A stretch of DNA of 21,810 bases from an uncultured virus (IMG/VR IMGVR_UViG_3300033148_006048) (taxonomy: Duplodnaviria; Heunggongvirae; Uroviricota; Caudoviricetes): IMG/VR virus record IMGVR_UViG_3300033148_006048; one strand, given 5' to 3'. The position numbers and the translations under genes were made by a program. Below are positions 8,802-16,106 of this stretch, in pieces (within the stretch, counting starts at the first letter, position 1; each line of letters opens with the position of its first letter). Under the pieces are notes generated by a model. It worked only from the letters and a program-made list of their open reading frames with translations. It had not been told where the DNA came from and did no database searches.

Positions 8802-9454
8802 TACTTATAAACATTAACTCTTAATTTAAAGGGATGGTCTTGCCATTCTGCTTTATTCATATCAAATCCTGCGCCTTTTAAATCTCTCCACAAAATATTC
8901 TTAGTAAATATATTCAAATGCGCGTCGTATTCATGCTTCTGTTGTCCCAAAAAAGTATAAAGCCATCTAGTTGGTCCTATTTTGCCTTTACCTTTACACT
9001 TTGGACAATCTTCTCTTGCTCTAAACGCCATCCAAGGGTCTTTCATGTGAGCTTTATGTGGCACGCAATCACAAATCTCACCATTAGCATAATATTCCAT
9101 CGCTCTACCAGCATCAGGAACTTGAATATACATCTTGCCTCCTCGCTTTAAAACTCGATGACACTCTTTTAAAACAGCGATAGTTCGATGAAAACTAATG
9201 TGTTCGAGGCACTCTTCAAAATAAATCTCATCAATCTCATCGTCTTTCAATCGAAATTGAGCATCTAATCCATTCCTATTTGAAGTCAAGATTGCACACT
9301 TCTCTTTATTTGCAACATTAAACTGCCAAGGAGTACTGGATATATCCCCGACCAAGTGAACACGAGGAAGGTCAAGAATATCTACATTTATATATTCTTC
9401 ACTTATATCTTTATTATGACTACCAAGATTTAATTTAATTTTTTTGTTTTCCAT
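8801..9454 (-). CDS. class I SAM-dependent methyltransferase with Cys-rich insertion
   Basis: KLNLGSH...YINVDI...GDI, ECLEHI...LKECHRVLKRGG..IQVPD; insertion ICDC...CPKC. Confidence 0.88.
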   Translation of the reverse strand: MENKKIKLNLGSHNKDISEEYINVDILDLPRVHLVGDISSTPWQFNVANKEKCAILTSNRNGLDAQFRLKDDEIDEIYFEECLEHISFHRTIAVLKECHRVLKRGGKMYIQVPDAGRAMEYYANGEICDCVPHKAHMKDPWMAFRAREDCPKCKGKGKIGPTRWLYTFLGQQKHEYDAHLNIFTKNILWRDLKGAGFDMNKAEWQDHPFKLRVNVYK

Positions 9455-9629
9455 AAAAATATTTAATCCAATATTCTCTGTTAAAATTAGTTTTAATATG
9501 GCAACTTTTACACAATGTAATCAAGTTATTTGGATTACAATTTTTCTTGTCGTAATCAATATGATGAACTGATAATGCTCTATTATTTTGTTTCTTCCCA
9601 CATAACTGACAAGTATAATTATCTCTCTG
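9435..9629 (-). pseudogene. start-less HNH endonuclease remnant
   Basis: After an in-frame TAG: QRDNYTCQLCGKKQNNRALSVHHIDYDKKNCNPNNLITLCKSCHIKTNFNREYWIKYFYGKQKN*; paralogous to 98-352. Confidence 0.88.
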
Positions 9630-9718
9630 CTATGACAGTTAGGACAAAGTAACAAAATATTTTTTCTAACATTATTCTTAGGATTCAAATCTTTATGATG
9701 TATTTCTAAAATTTTAGG
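9629..9718 (-). pseudogene. second, different HNH fragment fused out of frame
   Basis: PKILEIHHKDLNPKNNVRKNILLLCPNCHS, preceded by an in-frame TGA. Confidence 0.8.
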
Positions 9719-9758
9719 TCAAATTATTATGACTTCCTAGGTTAAGTTTTATGCTCAT
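9714..9758 (-). pseudogene. orphan 5' stub duplicating the methyltransferase N-terminus
   Basis: ATGA-coupled MSIKLNLGSHNNLT* matches IKLNLGSHN of 8801-9454. Confidence 0.85.
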
Positions 9759-10762
9759 AAATTTGATTTTAAAATTTTAATTAATTTTCTTATCTGCGTC
9801 CGCTCGTCAGGTAGACCTTTCTTTGACGGATAGTGCCTCTTAAATGCTTTCTGAATAGCACTAAGGCATTTCTGGTATTGATGGTCACCCAGAGAGAATG
9901 AAATCTCTTTGTTGTAATAAGTGTGAAATGGATGAGCGTCTTGAACTACAACATTTGCTCCCATCTTCAAACCTTCAGCAATTACCATATTCGCACCAGT
10001 GAGCATTGGACAGACCACTACTTTAACTTGCCCCATCAACTTCTTTATATCCTCATTCGGCAAAAAGTCTATCCAGCCCCCACTGTGTCCTACCCGCCAA
10101 ATCTTAAACGTGCCCTCTGCCTGATTCTGCCATGGGTGCTTATTGAAGTGATGGACAAATTTACCATTTTTACTTTTGCGCCCCCACTTTGCCGCCACTG
10201 CTATCGCCTTGTTCTCTCGCTGGTCCCAAGGCAACTTATGGTCGATGTCTTTTATATAAAGTGGGCTATGAGCGATTATATTGGCTTTTTTAAATATCTT
10301 TTTAGCCAAATCATTCTCCCAACCATCAAAAGTTAAAGTCGCCTTCGCATTCTCAAGCGTGTACTTCTCTCTTAAATAAATACCACCAGAATTAAGTCTA
10401 GAAATAAGATGTCTATTATCCATTTCCATTAACTGCTTGTAATTATCAACATACCCACTCTTCTGTATCATGTACTCTGAGCTGTCAAAACTCCCAAGGT
10501 CAACAACCGTCTTATAGCCATACTTACTGACAAAATTACTGGCCAACCCTGCCCCATGTGACAATATTACGTCAGGCTGAAACTCATCATATGTCTTCTG
10601 AAATAATGTTCTATACCAACCCGTTTTGCCTGTATATTGAACGTCCCTGACAAGTAGTAACCTAACTTCGTGGCCTTCCTCTCTTAGAAGCTCAACCATC
10701 CGTCTCATTCGAGCATTCCAGTCGGTCAATGCTCCAAATGGATTGGTATAAAGTATTTTCAT
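9755..10762 (-). CDS. divergent GT-B (GT4-like) glycosyltransferase
   Basis: MKILYTNPF...RMVELLREEGHEVRLL; FQPDVILSHG; LPNEDIKKLMGQVKVVVCP...NMVIAEGLKMGANVV. Confidence 0.75.
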   Translation of the reverse strand: MKILYTNPFGALTDWNARMRRMVELLREEGHEVRLLLVRDVQYTGKTGWYRTLFQKTYDEFQPDVILSHGAGLASNFVSKYGYKTVVDLGSFDSSEYMIQKSGYVDNYKQLMEMDNRHLISRLNSGGIYLREKYTLENAKATLTFDGWENDLAKKIFKKANIIAHSPLYIKDIDHKLPWDQRENKAIAVAAKWGRKSKNGKFVHHFNKHPWQNQAEGTFKIWRVGHSGGWIDFLPNEDIKKLMGQVKVVVCPMLTGANMVIAEGLKMGANVVVQDAHPFHTYYNKEISFSLGDHQYQKCLSAIQKAFKRHYPSKKGLPDERTQIRKLIKILKSNL

Positions 10763-10917
10763 ATCAATCCAATATAGGGCGGGAATAAATCAATCACAAA
10801 TGTTCCCCAACTAGTATTCAATCCGTAAATCAAAGCAATGAAAATAAAAATACCAATTAAAAATAAAATACAACTACCGCAACCACAAGTACAATTTGTT
10901 GAATTATTATCAGATAT
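10759..10917 (-). CDS. 52-aa Cys-rich membrane protein with apparent ATA start
   Basis: (I)SDNNSTNCTCGCGSCILFLIGIFIFIALIYGLNTSWGTFVIDLFPPYIGLI*. It fills the gap exactly and its TGA overlaps the next ATG; no in-frame ATG/GTG/TTG lies upstream of the TM helix. Confidence 0.6.
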   Translation of the reverse strand: MSDNNSTNCTCGCGSCILFLIGIFIFIALIYGLNTSWGTFVIDLFPPYIGLI

Positions 10918-10918
10918 A

Positions 10919-11206
10919 TTATCTATTTTTAATAATCTTCTTTAAATTATGACTCGGTTTAAACTTAACAACTCTCACTTCTGGAATTTCAATCTTCTCT
11001 TCTGGATTTTGTGGATTGAAACCTTGTCTACCTTTTCGCATTTTTGTGCTGAAAGTTCCCAACTTAGTAAACTTAACATCTTCGCCTTTCTGTAATGCGT
11101 CAGTCATAATAAAAAATAGAGTATCAATAACATTACTAACAGTCTTTTTATTAACTGTCTCAAGCAAAAAAGCTACCCTTATTGCAATCTCGTCTTTGTT
11201 AATCAT
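10919..11206 (-). CDS. hup: HU/IHF-family DNA-binding protein
   Basis: MINKDEIA...ALQKGEDVKFTKLGTFSTKMRKGRQGFNPQ...IEIPEVRVVKFKPS. ATG 11206 is preferred over 11230. Confidence 0.93.
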   Translation of the reverse strand: MINKDEIAIRVAFLLETVNKKTVSNVIDTLFFIMTDALQKGEDVKFTKLGTFSTKMRKGRQGFNPQNPEEKIEIPEVRVVKFKPSHNLKKIIKNR

Positions 11207-12137
11207 TTTTATTGTCTCCTTCATACTCATACTCGACCTTTACATTATCTGGCAACGTTGAATTAGTATTGTCCCCAACGCCATTACCATAAACTCCTTT
11301 CAGTAAATCCAAACTCTTACCCGATTCCGTCAAAAGCTGTATATTCTTATCTTCAAGTGCCTCTAAAATCTTCAAGCTAAGTTCGTCCGCCACCGAACCA
11401 TCTCCCATTTTCTTACTAAAAATCTCTCTAAAAGCGGCGAAGTCTTTAATAAAGCAATGCCCGCCTGCTCCTCGGCCTCCCTGATGTTCCACGTCAAGAT
11501 GAGTAAACCCAACCCTCGGGTCATAACTCATTCCCTGCTTAACAATCTCATATTCAATATCAAGCTTCTGACATAGTTCATAAAGAATATTAATATACAT
11601 TACCTTAAAGTAAAACCAGCAATTTCCTGTATATTTAATCATTTCCGCTTCTTTTGCTGGTATTATTGATTTATATGGCGCTAAAGGTAAAACTTTCATT
11701 ACCAATTCTGCCGCTACTGCTCCTTTATCATCAACATAACCTATAATATTTCTGTTTGGATAAGCCACATCATACTTAGCAGTTGCTTCTGTTAAAAATT
11801 CAGGCGAATGTAAAACTGTTATATCAGGATAAATATTCTGTAATATTTCAGTAGTTCCAGGCAATATTGTCGATTTAATTACAGCTATTTTACCACGACC
11901 AATCAATTTAAGCACTTCTTGAACAATACTAAAATCAAATCCTTTGATTGTTGTTGGTGTTGGAACAGCAATAAAAACAATATCACATTCTCCAATCTTG
12001 TCTTTGTTATTTTCATATTCAGGTTCTTTAGCATAACGGACCACTTTATAATCTCGTTCTTCAAAGTTATCAGCATAATGCTTGCCAATCCAACCGATTC
12101 CAATTTGTCCTATAAGTGGTTTTTTATTGTTTTTCAT
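11199..12137 (-). CDS. ugd: UDP-glucose/GDP-mannose dehydrogenase family, short form
   Basis: GIGWIG, FIAVPTP, IKSTILPGTT, SPEFL, EAEMIKY, DPRVG, GAGGHCFIKD (catalytic Cys). Confidence 0.92.
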   Translation of the reverse strand: MKNNKKPLIGQIGIGWIGKHYADNFEERDYKVVRYAKEPEYENNKDKIGECDIVFIAVPTPTTIKGFDFSIVQEVLKLIGRGKIAVIKSTILPGTTEILQNIYPDITVLHSPEFLTEATAKYDVAYPNRNIIGYVDDKGAVAAELVMKVLPLAPYKSIIPAKEAEMIKYTGNCWFYFKVMYINILYELCQKLDIEYEIVKQGMSYDPRVGFTHLDVEHQGGRGAGGHCFIKDFAAFREIFSKKMGDGSVADELSLKILEALEDKNIQLLTESGKSLDLLKGVYGNGVGDNTNSTLPDNVKVEYEYEGDNKND

Positions 12138-12171
12138 AATTGTTTACAATTAAGAATAAAAGGGTTTACAA

Positions 12172-12759
12172 TTAGTTTACAATTCGCTTTGCGATAATCA
12201 AATGTCCAGTCATATTGTGGAATTTATAATTCCTCGCCGGCCTCATCCCGTCCCTAGTACAAGCCGTAATAAACGGACTAGAATCCCGCCAAACTCGTCT
12301 GTCATACTCCTCAATCTCAAAACCAAACTCCGGCAACACCTTCTGCCAAAAATACTCCGTATACCTCAAATAATCCATATCCATCGGGTTGTGCGTCGGA
12401 TAAATAAACGGCGCCGAAATCCACAGCCTACCTCCGTCCTTCAACAAATCACTAAAAGTCCCAAGCGCCTGCATAGGATTCCAAATATACTCCCAAAGCT
12501 CAAAAGTAAAAATATCGTCAAACTTTTTTTCAAGCTTCTCCTGCTCCAAAACCGAAAGCTGATGTTTTCTCGGTAAATTAACATCCATCACAACGTCCGG
12601 CTTATACTTCTCATCAACATCAATCGTCACGATTTCTTTAACATCGTGGCTTTTAAAATACTTCAAATCCTCATTCATGCAACCAATACTCAACAACCTA
12701 TCAGATTTAATGGTCTTTTCTCCAAGCCAACTAATTAATTGGTCTTTGTAGTAAGAAAT
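12172..12759 (-). CDS. class I SAM-dependent methyltransferase; frame extends 21 codons above the TTG at 12696 to an ATT
   Basis: (I)SYYKDQLISWLGEKTIKSDRLLSIGC...TIDVD...PDVVMDVN, FDDIFTFELWEY, LLKDGGRLWISAPF.YPTH...DYLRYT. Confidence 0.85.
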   Translation of the reverse strand: MSYYKDQLISWLGEKTIKSDRLLSIGCMNEDLKYFKSHDVKEIVTIDVDEKYKPDVVMDVNLPRKHQLSVLEQEKLEKKFDDIFTFELWEYIWNPMQALGTFSDLLKDGGRLWISAPFIYPTHNPMDMDYLRYTEYFWQKVLPEFGFEIEEYDRRVWRDSSPFITACTRDGMRPARNYKFHNMTGHLIIAKRIVN

Positions 12760-12761
12760 AA

Positions 12762-12899
12762 TTATTCTTTTGATACTGACACTAATTTCTCAAATAGAGG
12801 AATTAATCGTTTCTCTTCAGCCATCTTTTTTGGATGATGGACTCGGCATAAAGTTATACCGTTTTTTAATTTATAACGTAATTTTGGATAATCAGACCA
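12762..12899 (-). pseudogene. HNH endonuclease C-terminal remnant
   Basis: WSDYPKLRYKLKNGITLCRVHHPKKMAEEKRLIPLFEKLVSVSKE*: the YPxLR...NGITLCxxHH half of an HNH motif, with no start. Confidence 0.8.
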
Positions 12900-12903
12900 T
12901 ATA

Positions 12904-13287
12904 TCAATATAAAGCTTCGTTTAATCTCTTAATGGCTTGCGGGTCTTTAAGCATTGAATTTAAAACCTTAATATAACGTTCAAACTCAACAATTTGTAAA
13001 TCCGTTTTTTCAAGACCTTCATACAAACCAGCAATCAAATTGATATTCTCGTTAAGCTTCTTAATATCCTCCGCCAGCTTCTTATCTTCCTTTTCGTCTC
13101 GTTTCCCTTCGGTTTCCCTCTGTTGCGTTGTCAATTTAGACAATTTACCCCGAAGCTTATCTTCCATCTCTTTACCACCCAGCTCATTTAACTTGTCATT
13201 AATCTGTAATTTGTCACAATAGAGCCGGCAAGTATGCTCCTGTCTATCCTTCAAAAGTTTTTTAAGAAATTTTTTTCCTTTTCCCAT
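12904..13287 (-). CDS. hypothetical charged coiled-coil protein
   Basis: 127 aa, K/E/L-rich with heptad-like pattern. Confidence 0.75.
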   Translation of the reverse strand: MGKGKKFLKKLLKDRQEHTCRLYCDKLQINDKLNELGGKEMEDKLRGKLSKLTTQQRETEGKRDEKEDKKLAEDIKKLNENINLIAGLYEGLEKTDLQIVEFERYIKVLNSMLKDPQAIKRLNEALY

Positions 13288-13291
13288 AATT

Positions 13292-14026
13292 TTAGTTATT
13301 AATTTTTAAGTATTGTTTAATCTGCCTTCGAACGCTAACTTTCGCTGAAGGCATCGTAACGTCTTGCTTAACCTTAAATTCTCGATTATCCTCCAAAAAA
13401 ACCTTCTTCAAATCAGTACAATTTTCCTGCTCATACATATCAACAATCTCCCACGGCGATATAGTTCCCTCATTAACAAAGTTTAAAATTCCAACTGAAT
13501 CGTTCTCAATCTCCTGCTTTAAAGAAAAAACAAAATCATCCAAAACTGTCACCGAACTCTTAAGTCCAGTTATCTTCTCGTAACCCAAAAGTTTGTCAAT
13601 CAAATTCCTCGGGTGCGGTTTGCTGTCAATCGGCAAATTAATCCGCGCAATCAAAACATTATCATAATCAAGCAAAATGTCCTCGGCCATCTTCTTAGTT
13701 TGGGAATAAAAAGAATTGTCATACTCAACATAACAAGTTGACAAATGAACCAGTTTTATGTTCTTACTTTTACAAACCTGCTTAAGCAAATACGGAATAT
13801 GAACATTACTAAAGTAACTTTCACTTTTGTTATTATCACACCAACTAATGTTAGTTTCTCCACATCTTCCAATCGCGTTAACAACAACCTTAATCTCGCT
13901 GTCATCAAGTGCCTCTTCAATCTCCTCTCGGCTCAAAAGCCAATTATCGTAAAGCCGACAATCCAAACCCTCGGCAATCTTCCTGCCTATCCAGCCCCCA
14001 CCTAAAACTATAATATCTTTTCTCAT
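13292..14026 (-). CDS. NAD(P)-dependent NDP-sugar epimerase/reductase (RmlD-like; resembles the 3,5-epimerase/4-reductase type)
   Basis: VLGGGWIG, VVNAIGRCGETNISWC, LVHLSTC, FYSQTK (YxxxK), RINLPI...PRNLIDKL, GILNFVNEG. Confidence 0.85.
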   Translation of the reverse strand: MRKDIIVLGGGWIGRKIAEGLDCRLYDNWLLSREEIEEALDDSEIKVVVNAIGRCGETNISWCDNNKSESYFSNVHIPYLLKQVCKSKNIKLVHLSTCYVEYDNSFYSQTKKMAEDILLDYDNVLIARINLPIDSKPHPRNLIDKLLGYEKITGLKSSVTVLDDFVFSLKQEIENDSVGILNFVNEGTISPWEIVDMYEQENCTDLKKVFLEDNREFKVKQDVTMPSAKVSVRRQIKQYLKINN

Positions 14027-14163
14027 TCTTTATCTTCTAAAGTTTTAAAACCATCAATTTTACCTATTTCATTTACATACTCCTTAAATTTTTCCATAGC
14101 TTTTAATCTATCATTAAAATCCGTAGATTTATCTTCTAATATCTTTGATATTCCTTTTGGCAT
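14023..14163 (-). CDS. 46-aa ORF, possibly a deletion chimera
   Basis: MPKGISKILEDKSTDFNDRLKAMEKFKEYVNEIGKIDGFKTLEDKE*; ATGA-coupled to the next gene. Confidence 0.6.
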   Translation of the reverse strand: MPKGISKILEDKSTDFNDRLKAMEKFKEYVNEIGKIDGFKTLEDKE

Positions 14164-14274
14164 ATAATTATAGTAAAGCCCCTCTTAACGGCGAAGTCTT
14201 GAGGGGCATAATCTGTTCTTATAAAAAATGACTTCGCCGTTACTATAATTATATAATATTTATAAAAAGGTCAA
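14162..14274 (-). promoter_or_regulatory. interlocked inverted-repeat element with candidate promoter
   Basis: Perfect IRs: 14162-14176/14240-14254 (15 bp), 14186-14198/14230-14242 (13 bp), 14178-14184/14201-14207 (7 bp). TTGACC (14274-14269) and TATAAT (14253-14248) have a short 15-bp spacer. Confidence 0.7.
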
Positions 14275-15125
14275 ATTAAACTTTGAAAAATCTCTAAATA
14301 CTTTCTACCCATTTGTTGTATTGTGTATGGATTATTTTTATGAAGTTCTATCATTTCTAAAGTTCCACCTTCCGAGTTTGGATATAGTATTTCTAAACCA
14401 CAAGCGAGTGCTTCAATTACCATATTTGGTGCGGCTTCGGCGAAACTCGGATAAAGAATAAAATCACACTGCTTCATTAGCCTGGCTACATCTTCAGGAG
14501 TCTTCATTATGCCTTTATATTCTACTTTTCCATTTGTTGGTAAATCCCAATTAAACTCAGGGTGTTCAAGATAAACTCTCGGCACATTCCCAGCAATCCA
14601 CAAATGGTTGCTATTATCATGCCTCCACTCCATATCAAACCAATAAAGAGCTTCATCAAAACGTTTATTAGGATTATCATTGTAGTTTATGTAAAGATAA
14701 GTATGGCCATCACTTTCCCGGCCGTTAATATTGAAAACATCCGGGTCAACTCCGTTCGTAACAATAAACTCATTCTCGTTCTCAATAAAATACCCCGCAT
14801 ACTTCCTAGCCCACTCGCTCTGATAAACAACCGCCTCTGCCATAGCCCCAAACTCTGCCAATCTCTCCGCAGGTGACATTCTTTTATTCCGACTTCGTCT
14901 GGGGATATTGTCGCAACGAAGAATTATTTTTTTTCCCAGCTTGTGTGCTTCGTAAATCTCCGCTTTGTCAATCGCAGTCACTCCAAAAATAAACACAATA
15001 TCGCCCTTGTCCCAACTATCAACAAACTGAACCTCGTGCCTAACCGCCTTCCTGAAATTTCTAAGAAATGTAAAACCACCCCCAATGCTAGTCTTACTTA
15101 TGTTCGGTACGTAAACCTTCAACAT
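14271..15125 (-). CDS. GT4 glycosyltransferase
   Basis: IGGGFTFLRNF, VVYQSEW, NGVDPDVF, CDFILYPSFAEAAPNMVIEALACG. Confidence 0.92.
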   Translation of the reverse strand: MLKVYVPNISKTSIGGGFTFLRNFRKAVRHEVQFVDSWDKGDIVFIFGVTAIDKAEIYEAHKLGKKIILRCDNIPRRSRNKRMSPAERLAEFGAMAEAVVYQSEWARKYAGYFIENENEFIVTNGVDPDVFNINGRESDGHTYLYINYNDNPNKRFDEALYWFDMEWRHDNSNHLWIAGNVPRVYLEHPEFNWDLPTNGKVEYKGIMKTPEDVARLMKQCDFILYPSFAEAAPNMVIEALACGLEILYPNSEGGTLEMIELHKNNPYTIQQMGRKYLEIFQSLI

Positions 15126-15432
15126 CAATTTTGTCTGTGAATTTTAAGTCTTTAAGATAATCCTTCATCTCACTTTCATACTTACCAATAACCGCCTTCT
15201 CAATAGCCGTATAAACCTCGCGCTTAATCGGGTGGTATATATTTATCTCTCGCGTTCCAATTTTCTTAGTCGGCCAAAGCAGTCTAAAACTGCCATATTT
15301 ACCTGTTAATCTTGTTTGAATCCCGAGAGACCCAATATAAATCTTATTATCGATGACGCAACTAGCAATCGCCACCAACCCATCTTTAGGTTTAATCGGG
15401 ATTATTTCGACTTCCGTTACCTTTGTTTCCAT
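15094..15432 (-). CDS. spoVG: SpoVG-family nucleic-acid-binding protein
   Basis: KVTEVEIIPIKPKDGLVAIASCVIDNKIYIGSLGI...LLWPTKK...IYHPIKRE...IEKAVIGKY. Confidence 0.85.
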   Translation of the reverse strand: METKVTEVEIIPIKPKDGLVAIASCVIDNKIYIGSLGIQTRLTGKYGSFRLLWPTKKIGTREINIYHPIKREVYTAIEKAVIGKYESEMKDYLKDLKFTDKIDVEGLRTEHK

Positions 15433-15475
15433 AGGTTTATGTTTACTTATTTAGGAAGTCGCTATTTTGTAAGGT

Positions 15476-15592
15476 CTATTTATAAATTAAAATTAAAATT
15501 AAAAAGAAAATCACGCAAAATTCAAAACCGAATAACCACCAAACGAATGTAGCCAATAAACCAAGTCCAATGTATTCTCCTAATGTATTCAT
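15476..15592 (-). CDS. 38-aa hydrophobic membrane peptide
   Basis: MNTLGEYIGLGLLATFVWWLFGFEFCVIFFLILILIYK*; starts 2 nt after the upstream stop. Confidence 0.65.
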   Translation of the reverse strand: MNTLGEYIGLGLLATFVWWLFGFEFCVIFFLILILIYK

Positions 15593-15594
15593 AC

Positions 15595-15792
15595 TTATTT
15601 TAATGGTTCTACTTGTGTAATAGCCAATATCACTACACTATCTTTTTTTGCCTCTACTTTTTCTTTTTTTAACTCAAGCGTTATAAGTTCAACCAATTTT
15701 TCCATCTTAATATCTTTATCAAAAGTATCTATTATATTTCCAAAACCTAAGTTTCCAAATTGATATGATACTAAATATCTCTTCTGTTTCAT
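15595..15792 (-). CDS. hypothetical protein
   Basis: ATG 15792 (MKQKRYLVSYQFGNLGFGN...) directly follows the upstream stop. Confidence 0.7.
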   Translation of the reverse strand: MKQKRYLVSYQFGNLGFGNIIDTFDKDIKMEKLVELITLELKKEKVEAKKDSVVILAITQVEPLK

Positions 15793-15793
15793 A

Positions 15794-15994
15794 CTAAATT
15801 TCGTCAAAAATGGGCGTTTTTAGAGCGTTTACCTTAGAAGTGGTACTTTGAGCCATAATCGGAGTAATAACACCAATATAGGCAATACTAATTGCTGACA
15901 TAGCAATAGTCGTAACTAGCAATAAAGCTAGATACTGTTGTTTTAGTTTTAACATACGTTTTTGTTTTTGTGTTAAGATTTTTGTTTTAGACAT
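15794..15994 (-). CDS. membrane-anchored or signal-peptide ORF, possibly truncated
   Basis: Basic N-terminus, one hydrophobic helix, very short C-terminal tail. Confidence 0.6.
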   Translation of the reverse strand: MSKTKILTQKQKRMLKLKQQYLALLLVTTIAMSAISIAYIGVITPIMAQSTTSKVNALKTPIFDEI

Positions 15995-16004
15995 ATATTA
16001 ATAC

Positions 16005-16106
16005 TTATTTATCTGGTTCTAATTTGTAAATCCTATCAGCTAGGTACTTCAAATCCTCAACCATAACATCTAAATCAGTATAATCTTTTTATTTTATTTC
16101 AACCAT
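16005..16106 (-). pseudogene. small ORF remnant with internal stop
   Basis: MVEIK*KDYTDLDVMVEDLKYLADRIYKLEPDK* in a single frame, filling the gap. Confidence 0.35.

Noticed and set aside
9455..9758. Group I intron explanation for the HNH inserts
   Set aside because: No P/Q/R/S core is recognisable, the inserts are almost entirely HNH coding remnants, and the downstream gene here has its own full start.
15490..15518. TTGCGT-17-TAATTT promoter-like match
   Set aside because: It lies inside the T-rich coding sequence of the 38-aa membrane peptide and is likely chance.
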